A stretch of 64,000 nucleotides of DNA from Myxococcota bacterium (GTDB taxonomy: Bacteria; Myxococcota_A; UBA9160; UBA6930), in NCBI GenBank assembly GCA_965223705.1, contig OZ245015.1:3520001-3584000 (forward strand), in the 5' to 3' direction. Position 1 is the first letter of the stretch. Every line of letters starts with the position of its first letter. Below the pieces are notes generated by a model. The model did no database searches. It had not been told where the DNA came from and saw only the letters and a list, made by a program, of their open reading frames with translations. The translations under genes were made by a program, and so were the position numbers. Positions 18,600 through 28,284 of the stretch are shown here, piece after piece.

Positions 18600-19106
18600 A
18601 TGGGACGAGTTTTTGACGATTTCGAGGGCTGCTACGGCGAATTCGTGACGGAAGGAACGATCGCCGAGCTCGGCGCTGTGCCGCTTTGTGTCGCGCCGGG
18701 CGAGACTTGCGTGGAACACAGCCACGAAGGCGTCGAAGAGTTGATGATCGTGAAGTCGGGCCGGGGTCAATTCGAGATCGAAGACGAATGGTTCGAGGTC
18801 TGCCCCGGATCGGTTGGGCTGGTTCGTTCGGGCGAGTTTCACGCCGTGCACAATACGGGGGACGAGAACCTCGAGATTCTCGCCGTCGTCAATGCGAACA
18901 TCGACTTCGACACCGTGCGTGTGAAGAGCCGTGCCGAGCACTTCGCCGGAAAGAACGGCCGCGCCGATATCGCCCAAGGCGAGCTCACCGACCTGAAGCG
19001 ACGACTCGCCAGTGTCACCGAGCTGCTTCACGGGGTTCGCGACGAGGTCGCGAACCTCCGCAAAGCCGCCAAGCCGAAACGCCCGCGAAGTAGCCGAGCC
19101 GCCTAG
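18600..19106 (+). CDS. Cupin domain protein with C-terminal coiled coil
   Basis: HSHEGVEE...G and GEFHAVHNTG motifs; GGGAG RBS. Confidence 0.8.
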   Translation: MGRVFDDFEGCYGEFVTEGTIAELGAVPLCVAPGETCVEHSHEGVEELMIVKSGRGQFEIEDEWFEVCPGSVGLVRSGEFHAVHNTGDENLEILAVVNANIDFDTVRVKSRAEHFAGKNGRADIAQGELTDLKRRLASVTELLHGVRDEVANLRKAAKPKRPRSSRAA

Positions 19107-19148
19107 CACGCTTTCGGGCTTTCCGTGGCCCTCCCGAGGAATAAGCAC

Positions 19149-20132
19149 ATGAAACTCGCCCTCTATCTTCCCAACTTCCGAGACCGGGTCACGGTCGAAG
19201 AGCTCGTGATGTTGACCCACGAGGCCGAAGAGCTCGAGTTCGACTCGATCTGGACGCTCGACCGAATCGTCGTGCCGGAGGCGTCGGACCAAGGAAAGCT
19301 CGAGAAGCCGTTCGGTTTCATGAAAGAGTTCCCGAAGCAGTTACCGGTGAGCGCTCGGGGAGAGTTCCTACACGGGCTACCGCTGGTCCCCTACCTCGCG
19401 GCGATCACCAGCCGTATTCGTCTCGGCGTGAGCATCATCGTGACGCCGTACCGTGCGCCGGGTGTTCTGGCCGCCGAGATCGCTACCTGGGATCACTTGG
19501 CCGGTGGCCGAATCAATGTGGGCGTGGGCTCGGGCTGGATGCCCGAGGAGTTTGCCGCATCGAGTGCGGCCGACACCTACGAGCGCCGCAACAAGCAGGT
19601 GATCGAAACGATCGAGATCATGCAGGGCATCTGGACCAACGAACTCTTCGAGTACCACGGTGAGTTCGCCGACTTCCCCAAGTGCGGTTTCGGCGTGAAG
19701 CCGGTCCAGAAACCCCGGCCTCCGATGTTCTACGGTGGGCTCGGTATTCCGAAAATTGCGGCGAGTCGCATCTCGAAATATGGCCTCGAGGGTTGGATCG
19801 GCATCATGGATACGCCCGATGCAATCGCGACCTGGCGAGAGGCGATCGGCAAGGAGCTCGACGCCGTGGGCAACTCAGGGGCACTCGACACGCTCGAAAT
19901 TTCAAGCATGTTGCCCTTCGAAATCACTCGCGAGCCGACGGACCAGTCCGACCAGGGAAAGCTCACCCCGACCCTCGTCGGCACGGCAGAGCAGATCACC
20001 GAGAACCTGAAGCGCTACAAGGACGCCGGGCTGACGATGCCGCTGCTGTGGCCTCCTTTCAGCGGCACGCCCACGGCGAAGACGATCGTCGACATGCGCC
20101 GCCTGGTCGAGGAGATCCTTCCGAAGGTGTAG
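19149..20132 (+). CDS. LLM-class flavin/F420-dependent oxidoreductase
   Basis: AEELEFDSIWTLDR, DHLAGGRINVGVGSGWMPEEF, KPVQKPRPP. Confidence 0.88.
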   Translation: MKLALYLPNFRDRVTVEELVMLTHEAEELEFDSIWTLDRIVVPEASDQGKLEKPFGFMKEFPKQLPVSARGEFLHGLPLVPYLAAITSRIRLGVSIIVTPYRAPGVLAAEIATWDHLAGGRINVGVGSGWMPEEFAASSAADTYERRNKQVIETIEIMQGIWTNELFEYHGEFADFPKCGFGVKPVQKPRPPMFYGGLGIPKIAASRISKYGLEGWIGIMDTPDAIATWREAIGKELDAVGNSGALDTLEISSMLPFEITREPTDQSDQGKLTPTLVGTAEQITENLKRYKDAGLTMPLLWPPFSGTPTAKTIVDMRRLVEEILPKV

Positions 20133-20317
20133 GCGACGACGTCCGCGGGCCTCGGCGGACTTGCTTCCGATAAACGACGCGCTCCGCGGACAAGTCGCGA
20201 CATCGAGCGCGTTGTTGAGCCGCGGGTTCCGCCGTTCCGCGATCTCGATTGCGGTTCTCGATGGGCCACCGCGCAGCGCTTCTGGCACAATGGCTCGGCG
20301 ATCACGACGCAAGGAGA

Positions 20318-21844
20318 ATGAGAGTGAGCGCCGCCCGCGGCGACCAAGTTCACGGGATCACCCCTCGGCAGATCGTCGCGCTGTTGTCCATCCTGCTGGT
20401 CGGGATCGTCCTCAGGTCGATCCTACTCGAAAAAGAAAGCCTGTGGTTCGATGAGGTCTTTTCGATCCGGCTGGCGCTTCAAGACCTCTCTTCCGTGCTT
20501 CAAGCCGAGCGCAGAAATCCGCCACTGCATTTTCTCCTTCTCCACTTCTGGATGAAGGCCTTTGGAGATAGCGCTGCCGCGGCCCGCTCTCTATCGGTCG
20601 TTGTGGGAAGCGTCAGCATTTTCCTGGCGTTCGCACTGGGGCGCCGCTTTTACGGAACCTACGTCGGACTCGCCGCGGCGCTCTTTACTGCGTTGTCCTC
20701 ATTCCAGATCTACTACGCCCAAGAAGCGAGGACCTTCGCACTGGTGCTGATGCTGCTGCTCGCATCGTCGCTGCTTATGGACATCTTCCTCCGGAGCTCT
20801 TCGCAACGCGTCCTGGTCCTCGCCGGCATCGGCTACGTCGCGACGAGCGCGCTCGCCTGCTACTGCCACTTCTACACCCCGTTTTACATCTTCGCGCAGA
20901 ACGTCTTCTTCGTTCTCTTCTGGAAAGATCACCGTCATCGGCTCGTGCCGTGGATCGTGGTACAGATCCTGATCCTCTTGCTGTTCGCGCCGTGGCTTGC
21001 CGTCATGTTGTCGGAGGCCGCCGCCGGCGAGGGTCTCGGAGACCGTCGACACTTCCTGCTCAAGGTCCCGCAGTCGCTTTTCAGCATGCTCGCGACCGAC
21101 ACGCTGATCCCCCTCGACGAGCGGGCCGTGAACGACGTTCGGGGGACGCTCGTCTCCCACGCTCCGGCGCTGATCTCGAGCACGCTGGTCTTCGCCGCCT
21201 TGGGGCTCCTGGCACTGCTGCAGACGAAGCGCTTTCCGCGTGGACATGCCCTCATGCTCTGCCTCGGTCTGCTGCCTCTCCTTCTCTCCTTCGTGATCTC
21301 GTTCAAGCTGATGATTCTTGAAGAACGCTACCTGATCGGATCGTCCGTCCCCCTCTATCTCTTTGTGTTGTCTCCGCTCCCCACCGCCTTGATGGAGTGG
21401 CGCGGCTGGCCGCGGATCGGGGCCGTTGCGCTCGCCCTCGGCGTTTCCGTCCTGAGTTTCGTGGCGCTCTACAACTATTACTTCAACCCGCGATTCGGAA
21501 GAGATCAGTGGCGTGAAGCCACGCAGTGGGTGGAAGAGCGCGCGCAGCCCGACGACGTCATCGTCTTTCTTCCGGAACACATCGGTATTTGCTTTGAGTA
21601 CTACGCTCGTCAGTCACACCCGACCCTGCGTGTGAGGCGCCTTGTTTTCGATCCTGCGACCGACTGGTGGCGCTCCTTTCTCGAACAGTTGAGAAGCTAC
21701 AAGAGCGGCTGGATTGTTCGATCGCGTTACGCCGATGAGTCCGTGGTCGAAGGCCTGGCGGAGTACTTTGTCGTGCGAGAAGCCATGGAGTTTCCGCGTG
21801 ACAAAGGCATCATCATCTACCGGGTAGTCGTCGAGGAGCCCTAG
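20318..21844 (+). CDS. GT-C fold glycosyltransferase (GT39/PMT-like)
   Basis: SLWFDE, NPPLHF, YYAQEARTFA; many TM segments. Confidence 0.85.
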   Translation: MRVSAARGDQVHGITPRQIVALLSILLVGIVLRSILLEKESLWFDEVFSIRLALQDLSSVLQAERRNPPLHFLLLHFWMKAFGDSAAAARSLSVVVGSVSIFLAFALGRRFYGTYVGLAAALFTALSSFQIYYAQEARTFALVLMLLLASSLLMDIFLRSSSQRVLVLAGIGYVATSALACYCHFYTPFYIFAQNVFFVLFWKDHRHRLVPWIVVQILILLLFAPWLAVMLSEAAAGEGLGDRRHFLLKVPQSLFSMLATDTLIPLDERAVNDVRGTLVSHAPALISSTLVFAALGLLALLQTKRFPRGHALMLCLGLLPLLLSFVISFKLMILEERYLIGSSVPLYLFVLSPLPTALMEWRGWPRIGAVALALGVSVLSFVALYNYYFNPRFGRDQWREATQWVEERAQPDDVIVFLPEHIGICFEYYARQSHPTLRVRRLVFDPATDWWRSFLEQLRSYKSGWIVRSRYADESVVEGLAEYFVVREAMEFPRDKGIIIYRVVVEEP

Positions 21845-22932
21845 CGTCGAAAGGCCAGCGTCTTGCTTCCGACAAAGTTGAAGATCGTCGAAAGCACGAT
21901 GCCGATCATGCTCGCGAGGATGTACCAGCGTCCGCTGCCCATGAACGTGTTCTCGATCAGCGCGTGCATCACGAGGACGCGAAGGCCGAGGCCCACAAGG
22001 CAGATCAGTACAAAACTCCCGTAACGACGACCGGGACCGAACCCGAGGCCAAACTTGAACGTCCAGGCGCGATCGAGCACGTAGTTCGAGGTCACCGCCC
22101 CGGAGAACGCGATGATCGCGGCGAGCCTCGGATCGAGCCCGAAGAGCTCGGCCGCGATCAGAAGCAGCGCGGTATCGACGAAGAGTCCGGACAACCCGAC
22201 CAGACAGAACTTGATGAACTCGTTGACCGTGGGGACCTTGAAATCGTAGAGCTGCCAGAGGTGACGGAGATAGTCGAGCTGGACCTGACCGGTTAGTTTG
22301 CTCTCGCCGTGGAGTCGATCGGCGAATACGATCGGAACTTCCTGCACCCGGGCATCCGCTCGGGTGACGACCTCGAGCACGATCTTCCAACCCACCGGCG
22401 AAAACGTGTTGTTCTCGATCACGGTCCTGCTCACCGCCATGAAGCCCGTCGTCGGATCGGAGAGCTTGGTGAAGCCCAGGGCGAGCGCCCCAGCGGCGCG
22501 GCTGACAATTTTTCGATGCAGGGGCCAGCTGTCGCAACCACCCCCGGCGATATAGCGGCTACCCACCGTGATGTCCGCTTCACCGTCGAGAAGAGGCCGG
22601 ATCATCTCGGGCAGCTTCTCGATCGGATGGCTCATATCGGCGTCCATGACGACACAGACCTCGCCGTCGGCGGCGGCGAACCCCGAGAGAACGGCGGTCG
22701 CCAAGCCGCGCTCATCCATCCGGCAGAGCACTCGAACGGCGAACGTCTCAGCGAGGTCCCGGGCGACGCCTGCGGTTCCGTCGGGCGAGTTGTCGTCGAC
22801 GACCACCACCTCACCATCGATTCCGGCGGCTTCCAGGACGTCGAAGATCCGGGGGACAATCACCGGAATATTCTCCGCTTCGTTATACGTCGGAAGTACG
22901 ATGGTCGCTTGTACAGCGCGCTCGTCGGCCAT
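21841..22932 (-). CDS. Polyprenol-phosphate glycosyltransferase (GT2, Ppm1-like) fused to GtrA domain
   Basis: PTYNEAEN, VDDNSPDGT, MDADMSH, GESKL; C-terminal FIKFCLVG...NYVLDRAWTF. Confidence 0.9.
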   Translation of the reverse strand: MADERAVQATIVLPTYNEAENIPVIVPRIFDVLEAAGIDGEVVVVDDNSPDGTAGVARDLAETFAVRVLCRMDERGLATAVLSGFAAADGEVCVVMDADMSHPIEKLPEMIRPLLDGEADITVGSRYIAGGGCDSWPLHRKIVSRAAGALALGFTKLSDPTTGFMAVSRTVIENNTFSPVGWKIVLEVVTRADARVQEVPIVFADRLHGESKLTGQVQLDYLRHLWQLYDFKVPTVNEFIKFCLVGLSGLFVDTALLLIAAELFGLDPRLAAIIAFSGAVTSNYVLDRAWTFKFGLGFGPGRRYGSFVLICLVGLGLRVLVMHALIENTFMGSGRWYILASMIGIVLSTIFNFVGSKTLAFRR

Positions 22933-23103
22933 GGGTCTCCGGGGTTGTCCTTGCCAGAATCCTGTTTTCGGCGGCTCTCGGGTCGCTCTTCAACGAAAGG
23001 GCATGGTCGGCTCCGCGTCGCGGCGATCGGCTCGCCCGGGCGATGTCGGAGTGTTTCTAAAAGTTTAGCGCCAACGGTATGTTGAGCCGGTATCCTGCCG
23101 GTC

Positions 23104-24275
23104 CTATCCGGACGACGACTGAGCCAGCGCCTGGGCGACGTCGTCGATCAGATCGTCCGCGTCTTCGACCCCTACGGCCAGTCGCACAAGACTTTCCTCT
23201 ACGCCCATGCGACGCCTTTCCTCTGCGGGAACAAGAGCGTGCGACACGACAGCAGGGATCATCACGAGCGACTCGACGCCGCCGAGGCTCGCCGAAGCAG
23301 ACACCACCTGAAGAGCTTCGACGAACTTCCTGGCCTGAGCTGTTCCGCCTCGGAGCTCGAAGCTGAGTAGCCCGCCCGCTGAACCGCCAAAATACGTGAG
23401 GGCCTTCTCGTGATCCCGGTGAGACTTGAGACCTGGGTAGTGGACCTTCCCGACTTCGGCTCGCGACTCGAGGAACTCGGCGATTCGCTGGCGGTTCTGT
23501 TCTGTTCGGTCACCCGCAATACCAACGTTTTCAATCCGCGCTCGAACAAGAACGCAGCATGTGGATCGATGTTCCCGCCGAGGGTCTTGGAAAGCAGGTT
23601 GGCGGTTTCCATCAGCTCGCTGCGACAAGACACCACGCCTGCCGTCAGATCGGAATGGCCGTTCAAGTACTTGGTGGCGCTGTGGATCGAGAAGTCGAAG
23701 CCAAACGGAATCGGCTTGAAGAGCACCGGGGTGGCGAACGTGTTGTCGACAAGTGACAGCAGCCCGTGAGACTTGCAGACATCGACGACGCCTTGAAGAT
23801 CGGTCACGGACACCACGGGATTGCTCAGTGACTCGACGTAGACCGCTTTCGTGTTGGGTTTGATCAAAGGCGCAATCGATTCGCTCGCGTCACCCGTGTC
23901 GAAAAAGTCGACCTCGATCCCGAACCTCGGGAGCAGGGTATCGAACAGGGTGAACGTGTTTCCGTAGAGACATCGTTGGGCGATCAGATGATCACCCGAT
24001 TGCACACATGTCAGGACACCGGTCGCGATGGCGGCCATGCCACTCGCAGTCACCAAGGAAGCCTCCGCTTCCTCGGCGTCCGCCAGCCGCGCGTGCAACA
24101 CGAGCTGATTGGGGGTGTTGTTGAAGCGCGGATACCGCACGTCTTTGTAGTCGGTCGCGTAGAACGTAGCGCTCTGGAAAATCGGTGTGACGACAGAGTC
24201 GAACGCATTCTCTTCGATCTTCCCCGTGTGGAGCAGACGGGTGTTGAGACCGTTCCTTCGGTCACTCGTTTCCAT
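23104..24275 (-). pseudogene. PLP-dependent trans-sulfuration enzyme (cystathionine gamma-synthase/Met gamma-lyase family), frameshifted
   Basis: SGMAAI, DNTFATP and HSATKYLNGHSD in ORF 23262..24275; SLGGVESL and RLAVGVED in ORF 23104..23628; one extra base near 23490 restores TA-QRIAEFLE. Confidence 0.85.
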
Positions 24276-24762
24276 GGCTGCCTTCTCTCTTCGGTGGGGT
24301 GTCGAGTTCGACGATCACGACCGGAATCTCGCGCTCGGTCCGTGTCTGATACTCGAGTTGAACCGGCTGCTCCGCGGTGACGTGACTCCACCACCGAGCC
24401 CTTTCTTCGCCGGTCGCGGTACGAGCCGTGGCCTCGCTTCGATGCGCACCGATCCAGACCTCGCACCGGGGCTGCGCGAGGAGGTTCAGATACCAGACGG
24501 GGTGGTTCGGAAGGCCGCCTTTCGACGCGACCACCGCGTACTGACCGTCCCTCTCGTAGTACTGGAGCACCGAGTTGCGCGAGCGACCGGACTTCCGTCC
24601 CCGATGGAAGAGCAGGAGACACGGAACCGGGCCGCCCGGTACGCCGATGACGCCGGGGTCCCACCAATGCGCTGCCTCGGGGTCCTGTCGGTACTGCTCG
24701 TGGTGCGCCGCGATCTCGCGTCGCACCTCCTCGGGTAGCTCGTTCGTCAGATCGGACATCAT
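24262..24762 (-). CDS. Deazaflavin (F420)-dependent nitroreductase family protein
   Basis: GRKSGRSR, VASKGG.P.HPVWYLNL, YQTRTEREIPV. Confidence 0.9.
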   Translation of the reverse strand: MMSDLTNELPEEVRREIAAHHEQYRQDPEAAHWWDPGVIGVPGGPVPCLLLFHRGRKSGRSRNSVLQYYERDGQYAVVASKGGLPNHPVWYLNLLAQPRCEVWIGAHRSEATARTATGEERARWWSHVTAEQPVQLEYQTRTEREIPVVIVELDTPPKREGSHGNE

Positions 24763-24946
24763 GGCCTCCGCGCGACCGATCCTAGTTCATGAAGGTGGTC
24801 ATCGGCACGGCCGACTCGAACTCCTGACGAGGCCCCCGTGCAATCCGCGCGAATGGGAACGAAACGTAAGTTTGTCGTCGCGTTTGTAACTTGTTCATTC
24901 TCTGGTCTCTCGCGAAACCGTATCGCGCACCTTCGACGTCATCGAC

Positions 24947-24963
24947 TTGGCACGCAACGTGCT
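24947..24963 (+). promoter_or_regulatory. Sigma-54 promoter
   Basis: TTGGCACGCAACGTGCT, a GG-N10-GC match, about 55 nt before the BON gene ATG. Confidence 0.7.
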
Positions 24964-25017
24964 TTCTGTCGCGCCCAACGTTCGGGCGCACGGAAGACGC
25001 CGATGGGAGAAACACAT

Positions 25018-26073
25018 ATGCAAAGACTACGCGCGACTCGGCTCGCTATTTCGGTGTCGCTCTGGGCTCTAGCCGTTGCCACCCCGGTTTGGGCAGACCA
25101 GCCCGAAGACGCCTGGATCACGACCAAGGTGAAGATGGCGCTCTTGACCGACGAATACGTCAATGCGCTCGATATCAACGTGGACACCACCGACGGGAAG
25201 GTCACGCTGCACGGCGAGGCATCCACCGAGGACGAGAAGGCCCGCGCCGCTCGACGCGCCGGTGAGATCGCGGGAGTAGGCGATGTTCGCAATCTGATCG
25301 CGGTCATTCCCGACGAAGCGCGCGAAGCAACCTCGGTTGCCGATGAAGCCCTGGCCCAAGATGTCAAAGCAGCACTCGCTGCAGATCGTGCGCTCCAAGC
25401 GAGCGACGTCGACGTGAAGTCGGTCAACGACGGAGTCGTCGTCGTCGCCGGGAATGCGGAGACGCTGAGCGCGCACCACCGCGCGCTCGAAACAGCGCGT
25501 GAGGTCGACGGCGTACGTCAGGTCGCGAGCGAGATCGAGAGCCCCGACGAGCTCGGCGACGCCGAACTCTGGGAGGGGAACGACCCGTCGGACACTGCGA
25601 ACGACGTCGAGCGCTACGTATCGGACGCATGGCTCACGACGAAATCAAAGATGCAACTGATGACGGAAACGGGTCTCTCACCCCTCGCGATTAGCGTCGA
25701 TACATCGGCGGGCGTCGTTACGTTGTTTGGAATCGTCGAGGCCGAGGAAACGAAACAGCGCGCCGCCGCGACCGTCGCGCAGCTCGACGGCGTAAAAGAC
25801 GTCGAGAACTATCTGCAGGTCGTTCCCGATGTGGCGGCTGAGCGAATCGCGAAAACCGACGAGGATCTCGAAAAAGCGATTAGCGAGCGGGTCGCCGCGA
25901 GAGAATCGCTCGGCGACGCGAGCATCGACGTCGAGGTCAAGAATCGGGTGGCGCATGTCACGGGTACCGTGCAGAGCCAGCGAGATCGCCTGACGGTACT
26001 CACCCTGGCTCGAACGACGGACGGGATCGATTCGGTGGTCGACGGTCTCGACCTCGAGACCCCTGAGAGCTGA
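25018..26073 (+). CDS. Secreted multi-BON-domain (OsmY-like) protein
   Basis: Signal peptide; repeated DAWITTKVK/DAWLTTKSK and VTLxG BON motifs, four domains. Confidence 0.9.
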   Translation: MQRLRATRLAISVSLWALAVATPVWADQPEDAWITTKVKMALLTDEYVNALDINVDTTDGKVTLHGEASTEDEKARAARRAGEIAGVGDVRNLIAVIPDEAREATSVADEALAQDVKAALAADRALQASDVDVKSVNDGVVVVAGNAETLSAHHRALETAREVDGVRQVASEIESPDELGDAELWEGNDPSDTANDVERYVSDAWLTTKSKMQLMTETGLSPLAISVDTSAGVVTLFGIVEAEETKQRAAATVAQLDGVKDVENYLQVVPDVAAERIAKTDEDLEKAISERVAARESLGDASIDVEVKNRVAHVTGTVQSQRDRLTVLTLARTTDGIDSVVDGLDLETPES

Positions 26074-26087
26074 AAGGACGATCTCAC

Positions 26088-26240
26088 ATGGGAACCATAC
26101 TACTGATCATCTTGATTCTTCTTCTTGTGGGTGCACTCCCGGTATTTCCTCACAGTCGCAACTGGGGGTACGGCCCCACCGGTGGCGTCGGGTTGATCCT
26201 CGTCATCGTCATTGTTCTGGTCTTGATGGGTCGGCTCTAG
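26088..26240 (+). CDS. DUF3309 family small membrane protein
   Basis: Manual translation MGTILLIILILLLVGALPVFPHSRNWGYGPTGGVGLILVIVIVLVLMGRL; below the ORF-track cutoff. Confidence 0.88.
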   Translation: MGTILLIILILLLVGALPVFPHSRNWGYGPTGGVGLILVIVIVLVLMGRL

Positions 26241-26267
26241 GCGGGCCGTCAATAGAGGAGCCATAGG

Positions 26268-26441
26268 ATGAGACGCGTATTGAATACGTTGATCTTGAGC
26301 CTCGGCCTGCTGGTCTTCGCCGCCACGCTCGGCGGTTGCGAAAGGCAAAGCAGCGATCTCGATGAAGCCGTCGAAGAGGTAAGAGACGAGGCCGAAGACC
26401 TGAAGGAAGAAATCGAGGACGAAATCGACGACAACACCTAG
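26268..26441 (+). CDS. Small acidic lipoprotein (57 aa)
   Basis: MRRVLNTLILSLGLLVFAATLGGC lipobox followed by a D/E-rich helix; GAGGAG RBS. Confidence 0.75.
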   Translation: MRRVLNTLILSLGLLVFAATLGGCERQSSDLDEAVEEVRDEAEDLKEEIEDEIDDNT

Positions 26442-26522
26442 ACCGGGCCGCGGATACCCGCTCGCGTGAGACCTCGCCCTTGCGCGAGCGGGGGCGGTAT
26501 CATGACCTGGCGAGGAGGGTCG

Positions 26523-27368
26523 ATGATGTCAGTGCTCGCCGGTCCGCGTTTTGAGACGCGGCGCATCCTGCACGCCGGGGTCCCGGTCTGGGTCGAGGTC
26601 GCGGGGGACGCGCTCGTCCTTCCCGATGGGCGACGGGTCCCAGAGACGGACGCTATCTACTTAGCGCCCTGCGACCCCACGAAGATTCTCTGCATCCACC
26701 TGAACTACGAGTCGCGACGCATCGAGTTCCAGGCGCCCGAGCTCGTAACGCCCACTTACTTCCAGAAGCCCACGACGGCACTGAACGCCCACCGCGGCGA
26801 ATTGTGCCGCCCGGCGGACTGCCAGTACCTGAACTACGAGGGCGAAGTGGCGGCCGTAGTTGGGCGGCCGATGCGCAACGTCGCGCGCGACGACGTCTGG
26901 GATTTCCTCGCGGGCTTCGCGCCCGCGAACGACGTGGGTGCACACGACTTCCGCGACACCGATGCGGGATCGATGCTGCGCGTCAAGGGACAGGACGGGT
27001 TCTGCCCAATCGGGCCCGGCCTCGTGCGCGGCGTCGACGTGCGCGAGAGCACTCTGCGCACCTACCTAAACGGCGAGGTCGTGCAGGAGGGCAAGATCGC
27101 GGAGATGACCTTCCCTATCGACTACATCCTCGCCGACCTCTGCCGCCACATCACGCTCCTTCCGGGCGACGTCATCCTGACCGGTACGCCGGCGAACTCA
27201 CGCCCGATGGCGCTCGGCGACATCGTCGAAGTCGAGGTGACGGGCATCGGGCGTCTCGCCAACACCGTCGGCGAATCGCCGGCACCCACCCATGCGGTGG
27301 GGCACCAGCCCACCGATAGCAAGGGCGTACGCGCAGTCGCCCTCGGTAGCGACTTCCGCAAGGTCTGA
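26523..27368 (+). CDS. Fumarylacetoacetate hydrolase family protein (HpaG-like)
   Basis: KILCIHLNY, YEGEVAAVVG, ANDV, KGQDGFCPIGP, PGDVILTGTP. Confidence 0.9.
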   Translation: MMSVLAGPRFETRRILHAGVPVWVEVAGDALVLPDGRRVPETDAIYLAPCDPTKILCIHLNYESRRIEFQAPELVTPTYFQKPTTALNAHRGELCRPADCQYLNYEGEVAAVVGRPMRNVARDDVWDFLAGFAPANDVGAHDFRDTDAGSMLRVKGQDGFCPIGPGLVRGVDVRESTLRTYLNGEVVQEGKIAEMTFPIDYILADLCRHITLLPGDVILTGTPANSRPMALGDIVEVEVTGIGRLANTVGESPAPTHAVGHQPTDSKGVRAVALGSDFRKV

Positions 27369-27387
27369 TCCACAAGGGAGTAGAGCC

Positions 27388-28284
27388 ATGGCCGTGACCG
27401 AACTCGGTTACCTAAGCATCGGCGTCAAGAGCATCGCGCAATGGAAGGAGTTCGCGGCGGGGATCCTCGGGCTCGAAGTCGTCGACGATGGCGAGCCCGG
27501 GCGCTGCTACCTGCGAATGGACTACTGGCACCACCGCATCGTCGTCGAGGAAGACGGGAGCGACGACCTCCTCGCCTGCGGCCTTCGCGTAGCGGGCGCC
27601 GAGGAGTTTGGGGCAGTGCAGAAAACGCTCGCGGACGCCGGCATCGCTTACCGAGTGGCGAGCCGCCAAGAGGCCGACGAACGTCGAGTACTCGAGATGA
27701 TGCGTCTCGAAGACCCGGCCGGAAATCCGATCGAGCTCTTCCACGGACCGCTGATCCAGCCGGACAAGCCCTTCTACCCCGGTCGCCGCATGCACGGGCG
27801 CTTCGTCACCGGCGACGGAGGGCTCGGCCACTGCATCTTGAATCACGCGGGCCTCGACGTCACGCACCGCTTCTACGGGCTACTCGGCATGCGCGGCGGG
27901 ATCGAGTACCGCGTCCCCGGCCCGGGTGGTACGCCGATGGACATCTTGTTTATGCACTGCAACACGCGCGATCACAGTGTGGCGTTCGGACCGCCGGGCG
28001 AGAAGCGCATTCACCACGTGATGCTCGAGGTCGACAACATGGACGACGTCGGGCTCGCCCACGAGATCGTCGAGCGCGAGAAGATCCCGATCGCGATCAC
28101 GCCAGGCAAGCACGCCAACGACCACATGTACTCGTTCTACGTCCTCAATCCGTCGGGCTGGATGTGCGAGATCGGCTGGGGCGGGCGTCCCGCGACGCAC
28201 CAGTCGGAATACTACGTGCGCGACACCTACGGCCATGACTTCCGCCCCGAGGTGACGCACCCTGATATGAGCGCCAAGTCATGA
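27388..28284 (+). CDS. VOC-family extradiol dioxygenase (NahC/BphC-like)
   Basis: VTELGYL, LRMDYWHHRI, GLGHC, FMHCNTRDHS, HHVMLE, GKHAND, SFY..NPSGW..EIGW. Confidence 0.92.
   Translation: MAVTELGYLSIGVKSIAQWKEFAAGILGLEVVDDGEPGRCYLRMDYWHHRIVVEEDGSDDLLACGLRVAGAEEFGAVQKTLADAGIAYRVASRQEADERRVLEMMRLEDPAGNPIELFHGPLIQPDKPFYPGRRMHGRFVTGDGGLGHCILNHAGLDVTHRFYGLLGMRGGIEYRVPGPGGTPMDILFMHCNTRDHSVAFGPPGEKRIHHVMLEVDNMDDVGLAHEIVEREKIPIAITPGKHANDHMYSFYVLNPSGWMCEIGWGGRPATHQSEYYVRDTYGHDFRPEVTHPDMSAKS

Noticed and set aside
20190..20270. Minus-strand peptide TAIEIAERRNPRLN resembling an amidase N-terminus
   Set aside because: Too short to separate from chance; no further amidase motifs
24782..24850. Possible 3' gene remnant (ARGPRQEFESAVPMTTFMN*) upstream of the DDN gene
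   Set aside because: No recognisable family; could be ordinary intergenic sequence
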